Of a stretch of 64,000 bases of DNA, positions 10,787 to 20,292 are shown piece by piece. The stretch is from contig NZ_JAHBZJ010000009.1 of assembly GCF_019635455.1 (NCBI RefSeq), forward strand, positions 98,349 through 162,348. Direction: 5' to 3'. How positions within the stretch are numbered: the stretch's first letter is position 1; every line of letters starts with the position of its first letter. The DNA is from Sphingomonas sp. Its GTDB lineage: Bacteria > Pseudomonadota > Alphaproteobacteria > Sphingomonadales > Sphingomonadaceae. The translations under genes were made by a program, and so were the position numbers. The notes below the pieces were generated by a model. The model was not told the origin of the DNA. It worked only from the letters and a program-made list of their open reading frames with translations, and did not search any database.

Positions 10787-11518
10787 ATGCCTTCACTCGA
10801 CAAGCCGCCCGTCACCACCACCACCGTCAAATGGCGGTTTCCCGCGATCCATCCGGAAGGGCGCAAATATGTCCTGATCTCGGCGGCGATCACGCTGCTG
10901 TTCCTGTTCGCGATCTGGGACGAGCTTGGCTTTTTCCTGATCGGACTGACGGTGTGGGTCGCGGCGTTCTTCCGCGATCCGGTGCGCGTGACGCCGCAGG
11001 GGGGAGGGCTGATCGTATCGCCCGCCGACGGTCTCGTCACGATGATCGAACGGGTGCCGGTGCCGCGCGAGATTTCGGGAGCCGAGGGGTTGGGCGAAAA
11101 CCCGCTGGTGCGCGTTTCGATCTTCATGAGCGTGTTCGACGTCCACATCAACCGCACGCCGATTACCGGCACGATCCGTCAGGTCGTCTATATCGCGGGC
11201 AAGTTCCTGAACGCCGATCTGGACAAGGCGAGCGAGGAGAATGAGCGGCAGCATTTCGTGGTCGAGGGCGCGGACGGCATGCGGGTCGGCTTCACCCAGA
11301 TCGCCGGGCTGGTGGCGCGGCGGATCGTCACCTTTGTGAAGCCGGGCGACATGGTGGTCGCCGGACAGCGCTTTGGCCTCATCCGGTTCGGGAGCCGCGT
11401 CGACGTCTATCTGCCCGACGATTATGCCGCGCAGGTCGCACTCGGCCAGCGGTGTATCGCCGGGGAGACGCTGATCGGACGTAGAGGCGGAACGGCGGCG
11501 GAGGGCGTCGCCCAGTGA
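10787..11518 (+). CDS. psd: Phosphatidylserine decarboxylase proenzyme
   Basis: [24 protein letters not shown], and the self-cleavage motif IRFGSRVD. Confidence 0.95.
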   Translation: MPSLDKPPVTTTTVKWRFPAIHPEGRKYVLISAAITLLFLFAIWDELGFFLIGLTVWVAAFFRDPVRVTPQGGGLIVSPADGLVTMIERVPVPREISGAEGLGENPLVRVSIFMSVFDVHINRTPITGTIRQVVYIAGKFLNADLDKASEENERQHFVVEGADGMRVGFTQIAGLVARRIVTFVKPGDMVVAGQRFGLIRFGSRVDVYLPDDYAAQVALGQRCIAGETLIGRRGGTAAEGVAQ

Positions 11519-12312
11519 GGGCGCGGCCGCGTCCGCTTCGCCGTGGCATTCCGCTTCGCGCCATCGCCCCGAATGCGGTCACCGCGCTGGCGCTGTGTTC
11601 CGGGCTGACCGGCGTGCGGTTCGCCATTGGCGGCGAATGGGAACGTGCGGTACTGATGATCATGATCGCCGGCGCGCTGGACGGGATCGACGGCCAGATC
11701 GCCCGCATGATCCGGGGCGAAACCCGCTTCGGGGCGGAACTGGACAGCCTGTCCGACGCGATTTCGTTCGGCGTGGCGCCGGCGTTGATCCTGTATCTGT
11801 GGTCGCTGATGTATGTGCCGAAAATCGGCTGGATCGTCGCATTGCTCTATGCGGTGTTCTGCGCGCTGCGCCTCGCCCGGTTCAATGCCCAGATCGACAA
11901 GGCGGATCAGCCGCGCAAGCTCGCCGGATATCTGACCGGCATTCCCGCGCCGGCCGGTGCGGCGCTGGCGATGCTGCCCATCTATATCTGGCTGTGGAGC
12001 GAAGAGCCGGTCGCGCGATCGCCATGGATCGTGACCCCCTGGGTCGCGTTCGTCGGGCTGCTCATGGTGTCGAGTATCGCGACCTATTCATGGAAGTCGC
12101 TGCGCCTGCGCCGGCACGTCCGGTTCGAGGCGCTGGTCGTGCTGGTGATCGCGCTGGCCGCGCTGGTCACCGCGCCCTGGCAGACGCTGACCGTCATCTG
12201 CATCGGTTATCTTGCCACGCTGCCCTTCAGCCTGCGTGCCTATCGCCGCAGCCTCAAGCCGCAGCGCGCAGCCGCGCCGCAGCCGCCGGTCGCCCCGCCG
12301 GACGCGAGCTGA
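11515..12312 (+). CDS. pssA: CDP-diacylglycerol--serine O-phosphatidyltransferase
   Basis: CDP-alcohol phosphotransferase motif DGIDGQIAR...[18 protein letters not shown]; GTGA overlap with psd. Confidence 0.93.
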   Translation: MRARPRPLRRGIPLRAIAPNAVTALALCSGLTGVRFAIGGEWERAVLMIMIAGALDGIDGQIARMIRGETRFGAELDSLSDAISFGVAPALILYLWSLMYVPKIGWIVALLYAVFCALRLARFNAQIDKADQPRKLAGYLTGIPAPAGAALAMLPIYIWLWSEEPVARSPWIVTPWVAFVGLLMVSSIATYSWKSLRLRRHVRFEALVVLVIALAALVTAPWQTLTVICIGYLATLPFSLRAYRRSLKPQRAAAPQPPVAPPDAS

Positions 12313-12472
12313 ACCGCACGCGCGCGGCGCGCGCCGGCTGTAGCACCGGCACCGTTTCCCCGGTCAGCAGCATGCGCATATAGCCGATGCGTGGCGCGAT
12401 CGTCGTCCAGATGGCGAAGGCCGAGGCGGCGAAGGCGGCTGAGAACAGCGAAGCGGCAACCAAAGCGAACAT
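12254..12472 (-). CDS. Small membrane protein (72 aa), putatively LexA-regulated
   Basis: Strong SD GGAGGT upstream of the ATG; N-terminal hydrophobic helix MFALVAASLFSAAFAASAFAIWTTI and a basic C-terminus; 3' end overlaps the pssA 3' end. Confidence 0.7.
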   Translation of the reverse strand: MFALVAASLFSAAFAASAFAIWTTIAPRIGYMRMLLTGETVPVLQPARAARVRFSSRPAGRPAAAARLRAAA

Positions 12473-12570
12473 GTCTACCTCCCGAGAATTCCATCAAGCG
12501 ACTGGAATCCCGACGGATTACGACGCCTGAGTCGAACAGTGGTTCCCTGTCCGCGGTGTGAGCCTGTTAT

Positions 12571-12585
12571 GTTCCGCTAACGTTC
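12571..12585. promoter_or_regulatory. Alphaproteobacterial LexA (SOS) box GTTC-N7-GTTC
   Basis: GTTC-cgctaac-GTTC exactly matches the consensus and lies in the spacer of a minus-strand promoter (-35 TTGACG at 12595-12590). A second, one-mismatch box TTTC-N7-GTTC is at 12603-12617. Confidence 0.75.
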
Positions 12586-12659
12586 CATTCGTCAAGCCCT
12601 ATTTTCCACCTTTGTTCTCTTGCGTCGTGATGCGCTTTCGACTAAAGGCGCGCCCTCAA

Positions 12660-12745
12660 CCCCGCATGGGAAGCAACATAACCCGGTGCCACGGCCGAAA
12701 GCGGCCGGGGTCACTCGCTTCCCAGAGGCTCAACCGGAAGGAATC
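12660..12745 (+). promoter_or_regulatory. rpsB 5' leader (probable S2 autogenous-control element)
   Basis: Structured leader (ACCCGGTG...GGCCGAAAGCGGCC...AGAGGC..AACCGG) between a sigma70-like promoter (TTGCGT ~12620, GACTAAAG ~12641) and the rpsB start. Confidence 0.55.
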
Positions 12746-12751
12746 ATCCCT

Positions 12752-13573
12752 ATGGCGGCACCCGTCGTCTCCATGCAGCAGCTGCTCGAATCGGGCGCTC
12801 ACTTCGGCCACCAGACCCATCGCTGGAATCCGAAGATGAAGCCGTACATCTTTGGCGATCGCAACGGCGTCCACATCATCGATCTGTCGCAGACCGTGCC
12901 GCTGTTCGCGCGCGCGCTGGATTTCATCAGCTCGACGGTCGCGGCCGGCGGCAAGGTGCTGTTCGTCGGCACCAAGCGCCAGGCGCAGGAAGCGATCGCG
13001 GATGCGGCGCGCAAGTCGGGCCAGCATTTCGTCAACCACCGCTGGCTGGGCGGCATGCTCACCAACTGGAAGACGATCTCGCAGTCGATCCGCCGCCTCA
13101 AGACGCTGGAAGAGCAGCTGTCGGGCGACACGCACGGCCTGACCAAGAAGGAAGTGCTGAACCTGACCCGCGAGCGCGACAAGCTCGAACTGTCGCTGGG
13201 CGGCATCCGCGATCTGGGCGGCATTCCGGACATCATGTTCGTGATCGACGCCAACAAGGAAGAGCTGGCGATCAAGGAAGCGAACACGCTGGGCATTCCG
13301 GTGGTCGCGATCCTCGACACCAACGTCTCGCCCGATGGCATCGCGTTCCCGGTTCCGGCCAATGACGACGCGAGCCGCGCGATCCGCCTGTATTGCGAAG
13401 CGGTGGCGATCGCCGCGACCCGCGGCAACCGCGACGCCGCGGTGATGAGCGGCCAGGACTTTGGCGCTGCCGAAGAGCCGCCGGTCGAGCAGGCGGTTGC
13501 CGAGCCGGAAGCGCCGGCCGCCGCGAGCGAGCCGGAAACCGCTGCCGAGGGTGAGCGTCAGATCGACGCCTGA
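12752..13573 (+). CDS. rpsB: 30S ribosomal protein S2
   Basis: [45 protein letters not shown]. Confidence 0.99.
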   Translation: MAAPVVSMQQLLESGAHFGHQTHRWNPKMKPYIFGDRNGVHIIDLSQTVPLFARALDFISSTVAAGGKVLFVGTKRQAQEAIADAARKSGQHFVNHRWLGGMLTNWKTISQSIRRLKTLEEQLSGDTHGLTKKEVLNLTRERDKLELSLGGIRDLGGIPDIMFVIDANKEELAIKEANTLGIPVVAILDTNVSPDGIAFPVPANDDASRAIRLYCEAVAIAATRGNRDAAVMSGQDFGAAEEPPVEQAVAEPEAPAAASEPETAAEGERQIDA

Positions 13574-13672
13574 ACCGTCATCCGGACGTAATGGGGGCGG
13601 GGCAGGGCGTTTTCGCATTGCTCCGCCCGCACCATATTCGACGCAAATCGATTTAATTTGAGGAACAGGAAC

Positions 13673-14605
13673 ATGGCCGAGATCACTGCAGCAGCCGTCA
13701 AGGAACTGCGCGAAAAGAGCGGCGCCGGCATGATGGATTGCAAGAAGGCGCTTGCCGAGAGCAATGGCGACATCGAGGCGGCGGCCGACTGGCTGCGCGC
13801 CAAGGGGCTTGCCGCCGCCGCCAAGAAGTCGAGCCGCACCGCGGCCGAGGGACTGGTCGGCGTTGCCGTCGCCGGCACCAAGGGCGTGGCCGTCGAGGTC
13901 AACTCGCAGACCGACTTCGTCGCGAAGAACGAGATTTTCCAGGGCTTCGTCCGTGACGTCACCGCCGTCGCGCTGGAACAGGGCATCGACAATATCGACG
14001 CGCTGAAGGCGGCGAAGCTGTCCGATGGCGGCACCGTCGAGGACGTGCTGACCGCCAACATCTCGACGATCGGCGAGAACCAGGTGCTGCGTCGCGCGAA
14101 GAAGGTCGAAGTGACCAACGGCGCGGTAATCCCGTACGTCCACAATGCGGCGGCCCCGGGCCTGGGCAAGATCGGCGTGCTCGTCGCGCTGGAGAGCGAC
14201 GCGGGCGTCGATGTGCTCGAGCCGCTGGGCAAGCAACTGGCGATGCACATCGCCGCGGCGTTCCCGCTGGCGCTGGACGAAAGCGGCCTGGACCCCGAGG
14301 TGCTGGAGCGCGAGCGTGCGATCGGCCGTGAAAAGGCGGCGGAGAGCGGCAAGCCGGCCGACATCATCGAAAAGATGGTCGAGGGCGCGGTGAAGAAGTT
14401 CGCCAAGGAAAACGCGCTGCTGAGCCAGCCCTTTGTGATGGACGGCAAGACCCCGGTCGCCGACGTCATCGCCAAGGCGGGCAAGGACGCCGGCGCGACG
14501 ATCACGCTGAAGGACTATGTCCGCTTCCAGCTCGGCGAAGGCATCGAGAAGGAAGAAAGCGATTTCGCCGCGGAAGTGGCGGCGACGGCGGGCCTTACCC
14601 GCTAA
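13673..14605 (+). CDS. tsf: Translation elongation factor Ts
   Basis: [46 protein letters not shown]. Confidence 0.99.
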   Translation: MAEITAAAVKELREKSGAGMMDCKKALAESNGDIEAAADWLRAKGLAAAAKKSSRTAAEGLVGVAVAGTKGVAVEVNSQTDFVAKNEIFQGFVRDVTAVALEQGIDNIDALKAAKLSDGGTVEDVLTANISTIGENQVLRRAKKVEVTNGAVIPYVHNAAAPGLGKIGVLVALESDAGVDVLEPLGKQLAMHIAAAFPLALDESGLDPEVLERERAIGREKAAESGKPADIIEKMVEGAVKKFAKENALLSQPFVMDGKTPVADVIAKAGKDAGATITLKDYVRFQLGEGIEKEESDFAAEVAATAGLTR

Positions 14606-14628
14606 GGCGCGTTTTCGGACCGGAATGG

Positions 14629-14665
14629 AAAAGGGCGCGGCCAGCGATGGCTGCGCCCTTTTTTG
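14629..14665 (+). terminator. Intrinsic terminator after rpsB-tsf
   Basis: AAAAGGGCGCGGCCA-gcga-TGGCTGCGCCCTTTTTT hairpin with a T run. Confidence 0.8.
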
Positions 14666-14743
14666 TGCCGCCGCCGGCGCCGCACGCCGGATTGACTTGG
14701 CGATCGAGGGGGCAGAGGTTCGCGGACGGATGGGGAGAGAGCG

Positions 14744-15448
14744 ATGATGAAGGCTGTATTGCTCCTGGCGGCATTGTGCGGAGCGATGCCCGTCGCCGCG
14801 CAGGATCTCCAATCGCAGGAGATCATCGTGACCGGCAGCCGCGTCGAACAGGACGACTATCAGCGCGACATGCCCGCCGTCGGCCTGCGTCGCACCGCCG
14901 ACTTCCTGGTGCAGGAGGTGGTGATTCGCGGCGACACCCGCGACCCAAAGCAGCGCGCGGTGGAGATCCGCCAGATGCTTGCCCGCGCGATCGCGCTGGC
15001 CGAACGGCACGGCGTGCAGCTCGCCTATGGCGACTATATCCTGACCCCGCTGACCGCAGCCAATCTGGACGACGTGACCCTGTCGAACGACAACCGCCCC
15101 GACAGTCAGAAGGTGGTGTTTCTGGTCAAGGCCCCGCTTGGCGGCGCGGAAAGCGGAACGACCGCCGAAAAGCGGATCGAAACCTATGTCGATGCCGTGC
15201 CGGAGGTGGGTCGCGCACAGATGGACGTGAGCGGCGATCCATCGCTGTCGATCGTCGGCCCGGACAAATACCGGCTCCAGATCGCGGACGCGGTCATGAT
15301 CGATGCGCGCGCGCTCGCGGAACGGATGGGTGCCGGCTATGCGGTCACGATCGAGGGGCTGAACATGCCGGTATTGTGGACCCGCGCCGGACCGTCCGCG
15401 GTGATGCTCTACATCCCCTACAAGCTGGTCATCGTCCCCCGTCCCTGA
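14744..15448 (+). CDS. Secreted hypothetical protein with a TonB-box-like peptide (possibly SIMPL-like)
   Basis: Signal peptide ending VAAQ, then QEIIVTGSR; only 234 aa, so no beta-barrel. Confidence 0.75.
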   Translation: MMKAVLLLAALCGAMPVAAQDLQSQEIIVTGSRVEQDDYQRDMPAVGLRRTADFLVQEVVIRGDTRDPKQRAVEIRQMLARAIALAERHGVQLAYGDYILTPLTAANLDDVTLSNDNRPDSQKVVFLVKAPLGGAESGTTAEKRIETYVDAVPEVGRAQMDVSGDPSLSIVGPDKYRLQIADAVMIDARALAERMGAGYAVTIEGLNMPVLWTRAGPSAVMLYIPYKLVIVPRP

Positions 15449-15495
15449 GCGCGGCCGACCGGCGGCATTCGCGCGGTGCAGCTTCGCTCCGGCTC

Positions 15496-15705
15496 CTAAT
15501 CGTCGCGATCGGCAGCGTCGGAGGGCGATTCGTCGATCGCCAATTCACCCAACGGGTCGAACTCGACCCGTTCGGCGATCTGATCGTACACGGCGGCATT
15601 GTCGTTCATCTGCGCGGCGATGTCGGGGTTTTGTGCGGCGACATTTCGGAAGAAGGTTGCGGCGTCGCGCAGCAGCTTCGCGGACAGCTGGGCATGGGTG
15701 GGCAT
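15496..15705 (-). CDS. Small acidic hypothetical protein (69 aa)
   Basis: SD GAGGAA before the ATG; helical-looking sequence LSAKLLRDAATFFRNVAAQNPDIAAQMNDNAAVYDQIAERVEFDP; GC3-rich codons. Confidence 0.7.
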   Translation of the reverse strand: MPTHAQLSAKLLRDAATFFRNVAAQNPDIAAQMNDNAAVYDQIAERVEFDPLGELAIDESPSDAADRDD

Positions 15706-15789
15706 CGGCGCGTTCCTCGATCGTGTGCGCGGGCAGGTTGCGCGGGCGGTGTCCCCGCATCGGCCCGCTAATGCGCGGAATATAACGGT

Positions 15790-16005
15790 TTATTCGTCGC
15801 GATGATGTTCGAGCCGCAGATGCGCCTTGCGCCGCATCACGAAATCCCATGCCTTGGCATAGGCGATGGAACGGCGGCGGCGCACCTGTCGCCGTTCCCG
15901 TCGGGCGCGTTCGGCGAGACGGCGCCAGATCCAGGAAACCACGAACAGCGCGACAAGCGCGAGCGCGGGGATCAGAAGTTCGGGTCTCGTCGCAGTCGAG
16001 AGCAT
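15790..16005 (-). CDS. Small single-TM protein with an Arg-rich tail (71 aa)
   Basis: Hydrophobic [18 protein letters not shown] followed by [18 protein letters not shown]; fills an otherwise empty gap; no clear SD. Confidence 0.45.
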   Translation of the reverse strand: MLSTATRPELLIPALALVALFVVSWIWRRLAERARRERRQVRRRRSIAYAKAWDFVMRRKAHLRLEHHRDE

Positions 16006-16194
16006 GAAAGCTGGCCGCCATCTGTTCGGGAGGATGGGTTACCCGGCGCTTCTTATCAGATTGGCGCGGCGGCTTACACCCGTCTCATCGAGAGCGCTCG
16101 CCCGCGTCGCGTCGGCCGCTTCGCCACTTGGCTTTCGCCCGAGCCGCATCTAAGGTTCGCGCGCTTCCCCAATCGCAACAGAATCAAGGGCTCC

Positions 16195-16926
16195 ATGACT
16201 GTGCCGCGCTTCAAACGCATCCTCCTCAAACTGTCCGGCGAAGTGCTGATGGGGCAGGGGCAGTTCGGCATCGATCCCGGCACCTGCGCGCGCGTCGCAC
16301 GTGAGGTGAAGGCGGCCAAGGAAGCCGGATACGAAATCTGCATGGTGGTCGGCGGCGGCAACATCTTTCGCGGGCTGGCCGGCGCGGCGGCCGGTTTCGA
16401 ACGCGCCAGCGCCGATTATATGGGCATGCTCGCGACGGTGATGAACGCGCTGGCGATGCAGAATGCGCTGGAAAAGCTGGGCGTTCATACGCGTGTCCAG
16501 TCGGCGATCCCGATGGCGAGCGTGTGCGAACCCTATATCCGCCGCCGTGCCGAACGGCATATGGAAAAGGGGCGCGTCGTGATTTTCGCCGCGGGGACGG
16601 GCCTGCCCTTCTTCACCACCGATACGACGGCGGCGTTGCGCGCGGCGGAGATGAATTGCGACGCCTTGTTCAAGGGAACGAGCGTCGATGGCGTGTATAA
16701 CGCCGATCCGAAAAAGGTCGCCGACGCGACCCGCTACGACGCGCTGAGCTTTGACCGCGTGCTTGCCGACAATCTGAAGGTGATGGACGCGACCGCGGTG
16801 GCACTGTGCCGTGACAACAATATCCCGATCGTGGTGTTCAACATCCGCGAGGACGGCAATCTTGAGGCCGTGCTGGGCGGCGAGGGCGCCTCCACGATCG
16901 TGAGCAACGAACCCGAATACGCATAA
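16195..16926 (+). CDS. pyrH: UMP kinase
   Basis: [50 protein letters not shown]. Confidence 0.99.
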   Translation: MTVPRFKRILLKLSGEVLMGQGQFGIDPGTCARVAREVKAAKEAGYEICMVVGGGNIFRGLAGAAAGFERASADYMGMLATVMNALAMQNALEKLGVHTRVQSAIPMASVCEPYIRRRAERHMEKGRVVIFAAGTGLPFFTTDTTAALRAAEMNCDALFKGTSVDGVYNADPKKVADATRYDALSFDRVLADNLKVMDATAVALCRDNNIPIVVFNIREDGNLEAVLGGEGASTIVSNEPEYA

Positions 16927-16940
16927 GAGGAACCTGAACT

Positions 16941-17498
16941 ATGGCCGCCTATGACAAGGCCGATCTCGAGCGTCGAATGAACGGCGCCGTCGAAGCGCTG
17001 AAGCACGATCTGGCCGGACTGCGGACCGGTCGGGCCAGCACCACGCTGCTCGATCCGGTGACGGTCGAGGTCTATGGCGCGCACATGCCGCTCAACCAGG
17101 TCGCGACGGTGTCCGCGCCCGAGCCGCGCATGCTGTCGGTGCAGGTGTGGGACAAATCCAATGTCGGCCCCGTCGAAAAGGCGATCCGGTCGGCCGGGCT
17201 GGGCCTGAACCCGATCAATGACGGCCAGACGCTGCGCCTGCCGATCCCGGACCTGACCGAGGAGCGGCGCAAGGAACTGGCGAAGCTCGCCGGGCAATAT
17301 GCGGAAAAGGCGCGGATCGCCGCGCGCAACGTGCGCCGGGACGGCAATGACAGCCTGAAGACCGACGAGAAGAAGGGCGTCTATTCCGAGGACGAGCGCA
17401 AGCGCCACGAGACCGAGGTGCAGAAGCTGACCGACGCGACCATCGCCGACATCGATGCGGCGGCGGCGGCGAAGGAAAAGGAAATCCTTGGCAAGTGA
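16941..17498 (+). CDS. frr: Ribosome recycling factor
   Basis: [44 protein letters not shown]. Confidence 0.99.
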   Translation: MAAYDKADLERRMNGAVEALKHDLAGLRTGRASTTLLDPVTVEVYGAHMPLNQVATVSAPEPRMLSVQVWDKSNVGPVEKAIRSAGLGLNPINDGQTLRLPIPDLTEERRKELAKLAGQYAEKARIAARNVRRDGNDSLKTDEKKGVYSEDERKRHETEVQKLTDATIADIDAAAAAKEKEILGK

Positions 17499-17630
17499 GG
17501 GGCCTTGGCCTCGATCGGGTCCGTGTTCGCGCCATGCCCGCCGTCGTGCGCGCGCGCGCCGCATCCCGGTCTGACCGACCGGACCGGATCGCGGCCATGC
17601 CCGTCCGACGCGCGTCGTGCGGGTGAACCC

Positions 17631-18359
17631 ATGGCGTCCGACCCCTCTCCCGCAAGCCATGCACCGGTTCCCCGCCATGTAGCGATCATCATGGACGGGA
17701 ACGGGCGCTGGGCAAAGGCCCGGCACCTGCCGCGCATCGCCGGCCACAAGCGCGGCGTGGATGCGGTGCGCCGCGTGTCCAGGGCCGCACGCGCGCTGGG
17801 GATCGAGGTGCTGACCCTCTACGCCTTTTCGTCTGAGAACTGGCGGCGGCCGGAGGATGAGGTCCGGGACCTGATGGGCCTGTTACGCCATTTCCTGAAG
17901 AACGAGCTGGACGAACTGGTCGCCGAAGGGGTGCGGTTGCGGGTGATCGGCGACTATCGCGCGCTGTCCCCCGATCTGGTCGCGATGATCGATGAGGCGA
18001 TCGCGCGGACGGCGGACAATGCGGGCGCGACGCTGGTCATCGCGCTCAATTACGGCGCGCAGGCAGAGATCGTCGCGGCCGCCCGGACGCTTGCGGCGCA
18101 GGCGAAGGCGGGCGAGATCCGCCCGGAAGCCATTGACGAGGCGATGTTCGACGGCGCGTTGACCACCCATGGCCTGCCGCCGCTGGACCTGCTCATTCGT
18201 ACGTCGGGCGAACAGCGGCTGTCCAATTTCCTGCTGTGGCAGGCGGCCTATGCCGAATTGCTGTTCGTCGATACGCTGTGGCCCGATTTCGACGGCGACG
18301 CCCTGGCGGCGGCGATCGCGCAGTTCGGGCGGCGCGAACGCAGGTTCGGCGGCCTGTGA
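17631..18359 (+). CDS. uppS: Undecaprenyl/polyprenyl diphosphate synthase
   Basis: PRHVAIIMDGNGRWA, YAFSSENWRRP, ALNYG, IRTSGEQRLSNFLLWQ. Confidence 0.97.
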   Translation: MASDPSPASHAPVPRHVAIIMDGNGRWAKARHLPRIAGHKRGVDAVRRVSRAARALGIEVLTLYAFSSENWRRPEDEVRDLMGLLRHFLKNELDELVAEGVRLRVIGDYRALSPDLVAMIDEAIARTADNAGATLVIALNYGAQAEIVAAARTLAAQAKAGEIRPEAIDEAMFDGALTTHGLPPLDLLIRTSGEQRLSNFLLWQAAYAELLFVDTLWPDFDGDALAAAIAQFGRRERRFGGL

Positions 18360-19138
18360 GCGACGCGAAGCCCCGCAATGCCGACCTGCCGGTACGCGCC
18401 GTCGTCGGCGTGGCGCTGATCGCGGTGGCGGCGACGGCATTGTGGCTCGGCGGATTCGTGTTCTGGCTGCTCCTCACCGTCGCGGGATTGGTGATGATCG
18501 GCGAATGGGGCGGGCTGCACGGGGCGGAGCGCGGGCAATCCCGGCTCGCGCAATATGCGCTGATGGTGCCGCTCGCGATCCTGTCGCCGCTTGCTGCCGG
18601 TCCCGGCTTCCTGGTGCTGGGACTGATCGCCGGAGCCGGGTTCTTCATCGCGATCGTCACCCGCAACGGCGCGCTGGGGCTGGGCGCGGCCTATGTCGGC
18701 CTGCCGGTGCTGGCGCTGGTGTTCCTGCGCGCGCAGGAGGCCGGGCTGCTGCTCGCCTTTTGGGCGATGGCGCTGGTATGGGCGACCGATATCGGCGCCT
18801 ATTTCGCAGGGCGTTCGATCGGCGGACCCAAGCTGATGCCGCGCGTCAGCCCCAACAAGACCTGGGCGGGCTTTATCGGCGGCGTGGCGGCGGCAACGCT
18901 GTTCGCCCTGATCCTGACCCGATGGGGACTGGCCTGGCCGCTCGTATTCGCGACCCCCGTGCTGGCGATGATGGCGCAGGGCGGCGACCTGGTCGAAAGC
19001 TGGCTGAAGCGGCGCGCGGGGGTCAAGGATTCGGGCAACCTGCTGCCCGGCCATGGCGGCGTGCTGGACCGGCTCGACGGGCTGGTGCCGGTCGCACCGG
19101 CGGCGGCGTTTCTGGTGCTGATGCTGGCGGTGCGATGA
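18356..19138 (+). CDS. cdsA: Phosphatidate cytidylyltransferase
   Basis: WATDIGAYFAGR, SPNKTWAG, GDLVESWLKRRAGVKDSGNLLPGHGGVLDRLDG; GTGA overlap with uppS. Confidence 0.96.
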   Translation: MSDAKPRNADLPVRAVVGVALIAVAATALWLGGFVFWLLLTVAGLVMIGEWGGLHGAERGQSRLAQYALMVPLAILSPLAAGPGFLVLGLIAGAGFFIAIVTRNGALGLGAAYVGLPVLALVFLRAQEAGLLLAFWAMALVWATDIGAYFAGRSIGGPKLMPRVSPNKTWAGFIGGVAAATLFALILTRWGLAWPLVFATPVLAMMAQGGDLVESWLKRRAGVKDSGNLLPGHGGVLDRLDGLVPVAPAAAFLVLMLAVR

Positions 19139-20292
19139 GGACGGTTTCCATCCTGGGCGCCACCGGATCGGTCGGGACATCGACGCTCGACCTGATCGCG
19201 CGCGATCCCGACGGGTTCGAGGTGCTGGCCCTGACGGCCAATTGCGATGTCGAGCGACTTGCTGATGCCGCGCGCCGGGTGGGCGCGAAACGGGCAGTGG
19301 TGGCGGACGAAACCTGCCTTCCCGCGTTGCGCGATGCGCTGGCGGGAACGACGGTCGAGGCGGCGGGCGGCGGGCAGGCGGTGTGCGAGGCGGCGGCGAT
19401 GGGCGCCGACTGGACGATGGCGGCGATCGTCGGAACCGCCGGGCTGAAGCCGGTACTGGCGGCGGTGCAGCAGGGCGGCACCATCGCACTGGCGAACAAG
19501 GAATCGCTGGTTTCGGCGGGGGACGTCGTGACCGACGCGGTCGCCCGCCATGGCGCCACGCTGTTGCCGGTCGATTCCGAGCATAATGCGATCTTTCAGT
19601 GCCTGGAACCGGCCAATGCGGAGCGGATCGGGCGCATCATCCTGACGGCCAGCGGCGGCCCGTTTCGCGAACGCAGCCTTGACGCGATGCGCGGGATCAC
19701 CCCGGAACAGGCGGTGGCGCACCCCAATTGGTCGATGGGCGCGAAGATCAGCGTCGATTCGGCGACGATGATGAACAAGGGACTGGAACTGATCGAGGCG
19801 TTTCACCTGTTCCCGGTGACCGTCGATCAGCTGGACGTGATCGTCCATCCCCAGTCGGTGGTCCATTCGATGGTCGAATATATCGACGGATCGGTGCTCG
19901 CACAGCTTGGCGCGCCGGACATGCGCATTCCGATCGCGCATGCCCTGGCATGGCCGGCGCGGATGGAAACGCCGTGCCAGCGCCTCGATCTCGCCACGAT
20001 CGGCCGGCTCGATTTCGAAGCGCCCGATTATGATCGCTTTCCCTGTCTCAGACTGGCACGCGAGGCGCTGGCGGCCGGCGGCGCGCGCCCGGCGATCCTG
20101 AACGCGGCGAACGAGGTCGCGGTCGCCGCGTTTCTGGCGGGGCGGGCGGGCTTTCTTGAAATTGCCGCAATCGTCGCGGATACGCTCGATCGCTATGACC
20201 CGGCTGCGCCGGAAACGCTCGATCAGGTGTTGGCGATCGATGCGGAGGGGCGCAGGATCGCGGGCGAGCGTGTGAAGGATTGCGTCGTTTGA
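19135..20292 (+). CDS. dxr: 1-deoxy-D-xylulose-5-phosphate reductoisomerase
   Basis: SILGATGSVG, LANKESLV, PVDSEH, ILTASGGPFR, HPNWSMGAKISVDSATMMNKGLE. Confidence 0.98.
   Translation: MRTVSILGATGSVGTSTLDLIARDPDGFEVLALTANCDVERLADAARRVGAKRAVVADETCLPALRDALAGTTVEAAGGGQAVCEAAAMGADWTMAAIVGTAGLKPVLAAVQQGGTIALANKESLVSAGDVVTDAVARHGATLLPVDSEHNAIFQCLEPANAERIGRIILTASGGPFRERSLDAMRGITPEQAVAHPNWSMGAKISVDSATMMNKGLELIEAFHLFPVTVDQLDVIVHPQSVVHSMVEYIDGSVLAQLGAPDMRIPIAHALAWPARMETPCQRLDLATIGRLDFEAPDYDRFPCLRLAREALAAGGARPAILNAANEVAVAAFLAGRAGFLEIAAIVADTLDRYDPAAPETLDQVLAIDAEGRRIAGERVKDCVV

Noticed and set aside
12534-12545. GAAC-N4-GTTC resembling the Gram-positive LexA (Cheo) box
   Set aside because: Wrong lineage and the inner bases do not fit; counted only as possible extra half-sites beside the alphaproteobacterial box.
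17499-17630. frr-uppS spacer with an imperfect direct repeat (GCCATGCCCG...CGTCGTGCG twice) and a possible 42-aa UppS extension
   Set aside because: GC-rich low-complexity sequence with only two short copies; there is no evidence for an RNA element or for use of the upstream TTG.
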